A DNA stretch of 64,000 nt from Prevotella sp. (lineage in GTDB: Bacteria > Bacteroidota > Bacteroidia > Bacteroidales > Bacteroidaceae): NCBI GenBank assembly GCA_017467535.1, contig JAFUST010000104.1:5131-69130 (forward strand), given 5' to 3'. The notes beneath the pieces were generated by a model that was not told the origin of the DNA, did no database searches, and saw only the letters and a program-made list of their open reading frames with translations. Made by a program: the position numbers and the translations under genes. Below are positions 63,915 to 64,000 of this stretch, piece by piece (position 1 is the stretch's first letter; each line of letters begins with the position of its first letter).

Positions 63915-64000
63915 ATGAGACAACTGAAAATCACGAAATCTATCACCTCCCGGGAGAACGAGTCTCTCGAGAAATATCTTCAGGAGATCAGCCGAGAGGA
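63915..64000 (+). CDS. rpoD: RpoD/SigA-family sigma factor, 5' end (truncated by window)
   Basis: MRQLKITKSITSRENESLEKYLQEI, the Bacteroidota primary sigma N-terminus; promoter element TACCTTTG 63877-63884. Confidence 0.85.
   Translation, partial: MRQLKITKSITSRENESLEKYLQEISRE

Noticed and set aside
1-64000. rRNA, tRNA, riboswitch (for example cobalamin before mutAB) or stop-codon recoding
   Set aside because: No recognisable RNA gene motifs; the mutA leader is too short for a B12 riboswitch; genes end normally at TAA, TAG or TGA

Overview
Chromosomal segment of a Bacteroidota bacterium, most likely Prevotella-like, judged from GC-rich coding regions, AT-rich intergenic gaps, recurrent TAnnTTTG promoter elements, T9SS-type proteins and the degP-rpoD order. 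Most of it is housekeeping: uvrA, mutA/mutB, yggS, lepA, fabD, menA, rpe, fmt, rseC-rnfBCDGEA, degP, the start of rpoD, transporters and acyl-CoA ligases. There is one accessory module at about 41.7-47.9 kb (DUF3987-like NTPase, PriCT-2, BT4734/VirE-N, three unknown ORFs, an origin-like element and an HU-like gene) with no integrase visible. The most striking signals are non-genic. (1) A ~100-bp palindromic element (GCCCCCTAAGTT...AACTTAGGGGGC) sits in frame, in the same reading frame, in both UvrA and an alpha-amylase, and one copy carries a nested 30-bp insert. (2) Heptamer repeats form gene junctions, a signal peptide and internal protein segments. (3) Two dyad-symmetric elements consist of repeat arms around an AT palindrome, one of them orphan. 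(4) A 17-bp perfect inverted repeat brackets 5.2 kb of the accessory module. (5) Three 11/22-bp phased arrays lie beside promoters. (6) AGCT appears strongly avoided. A membrane-anchored pseudokinase and two small ORFs missing from the track were also found. No rRNA, tRNA or CRISPR array was recognised. All family assignments come from motif recognition by eye, not database searches.
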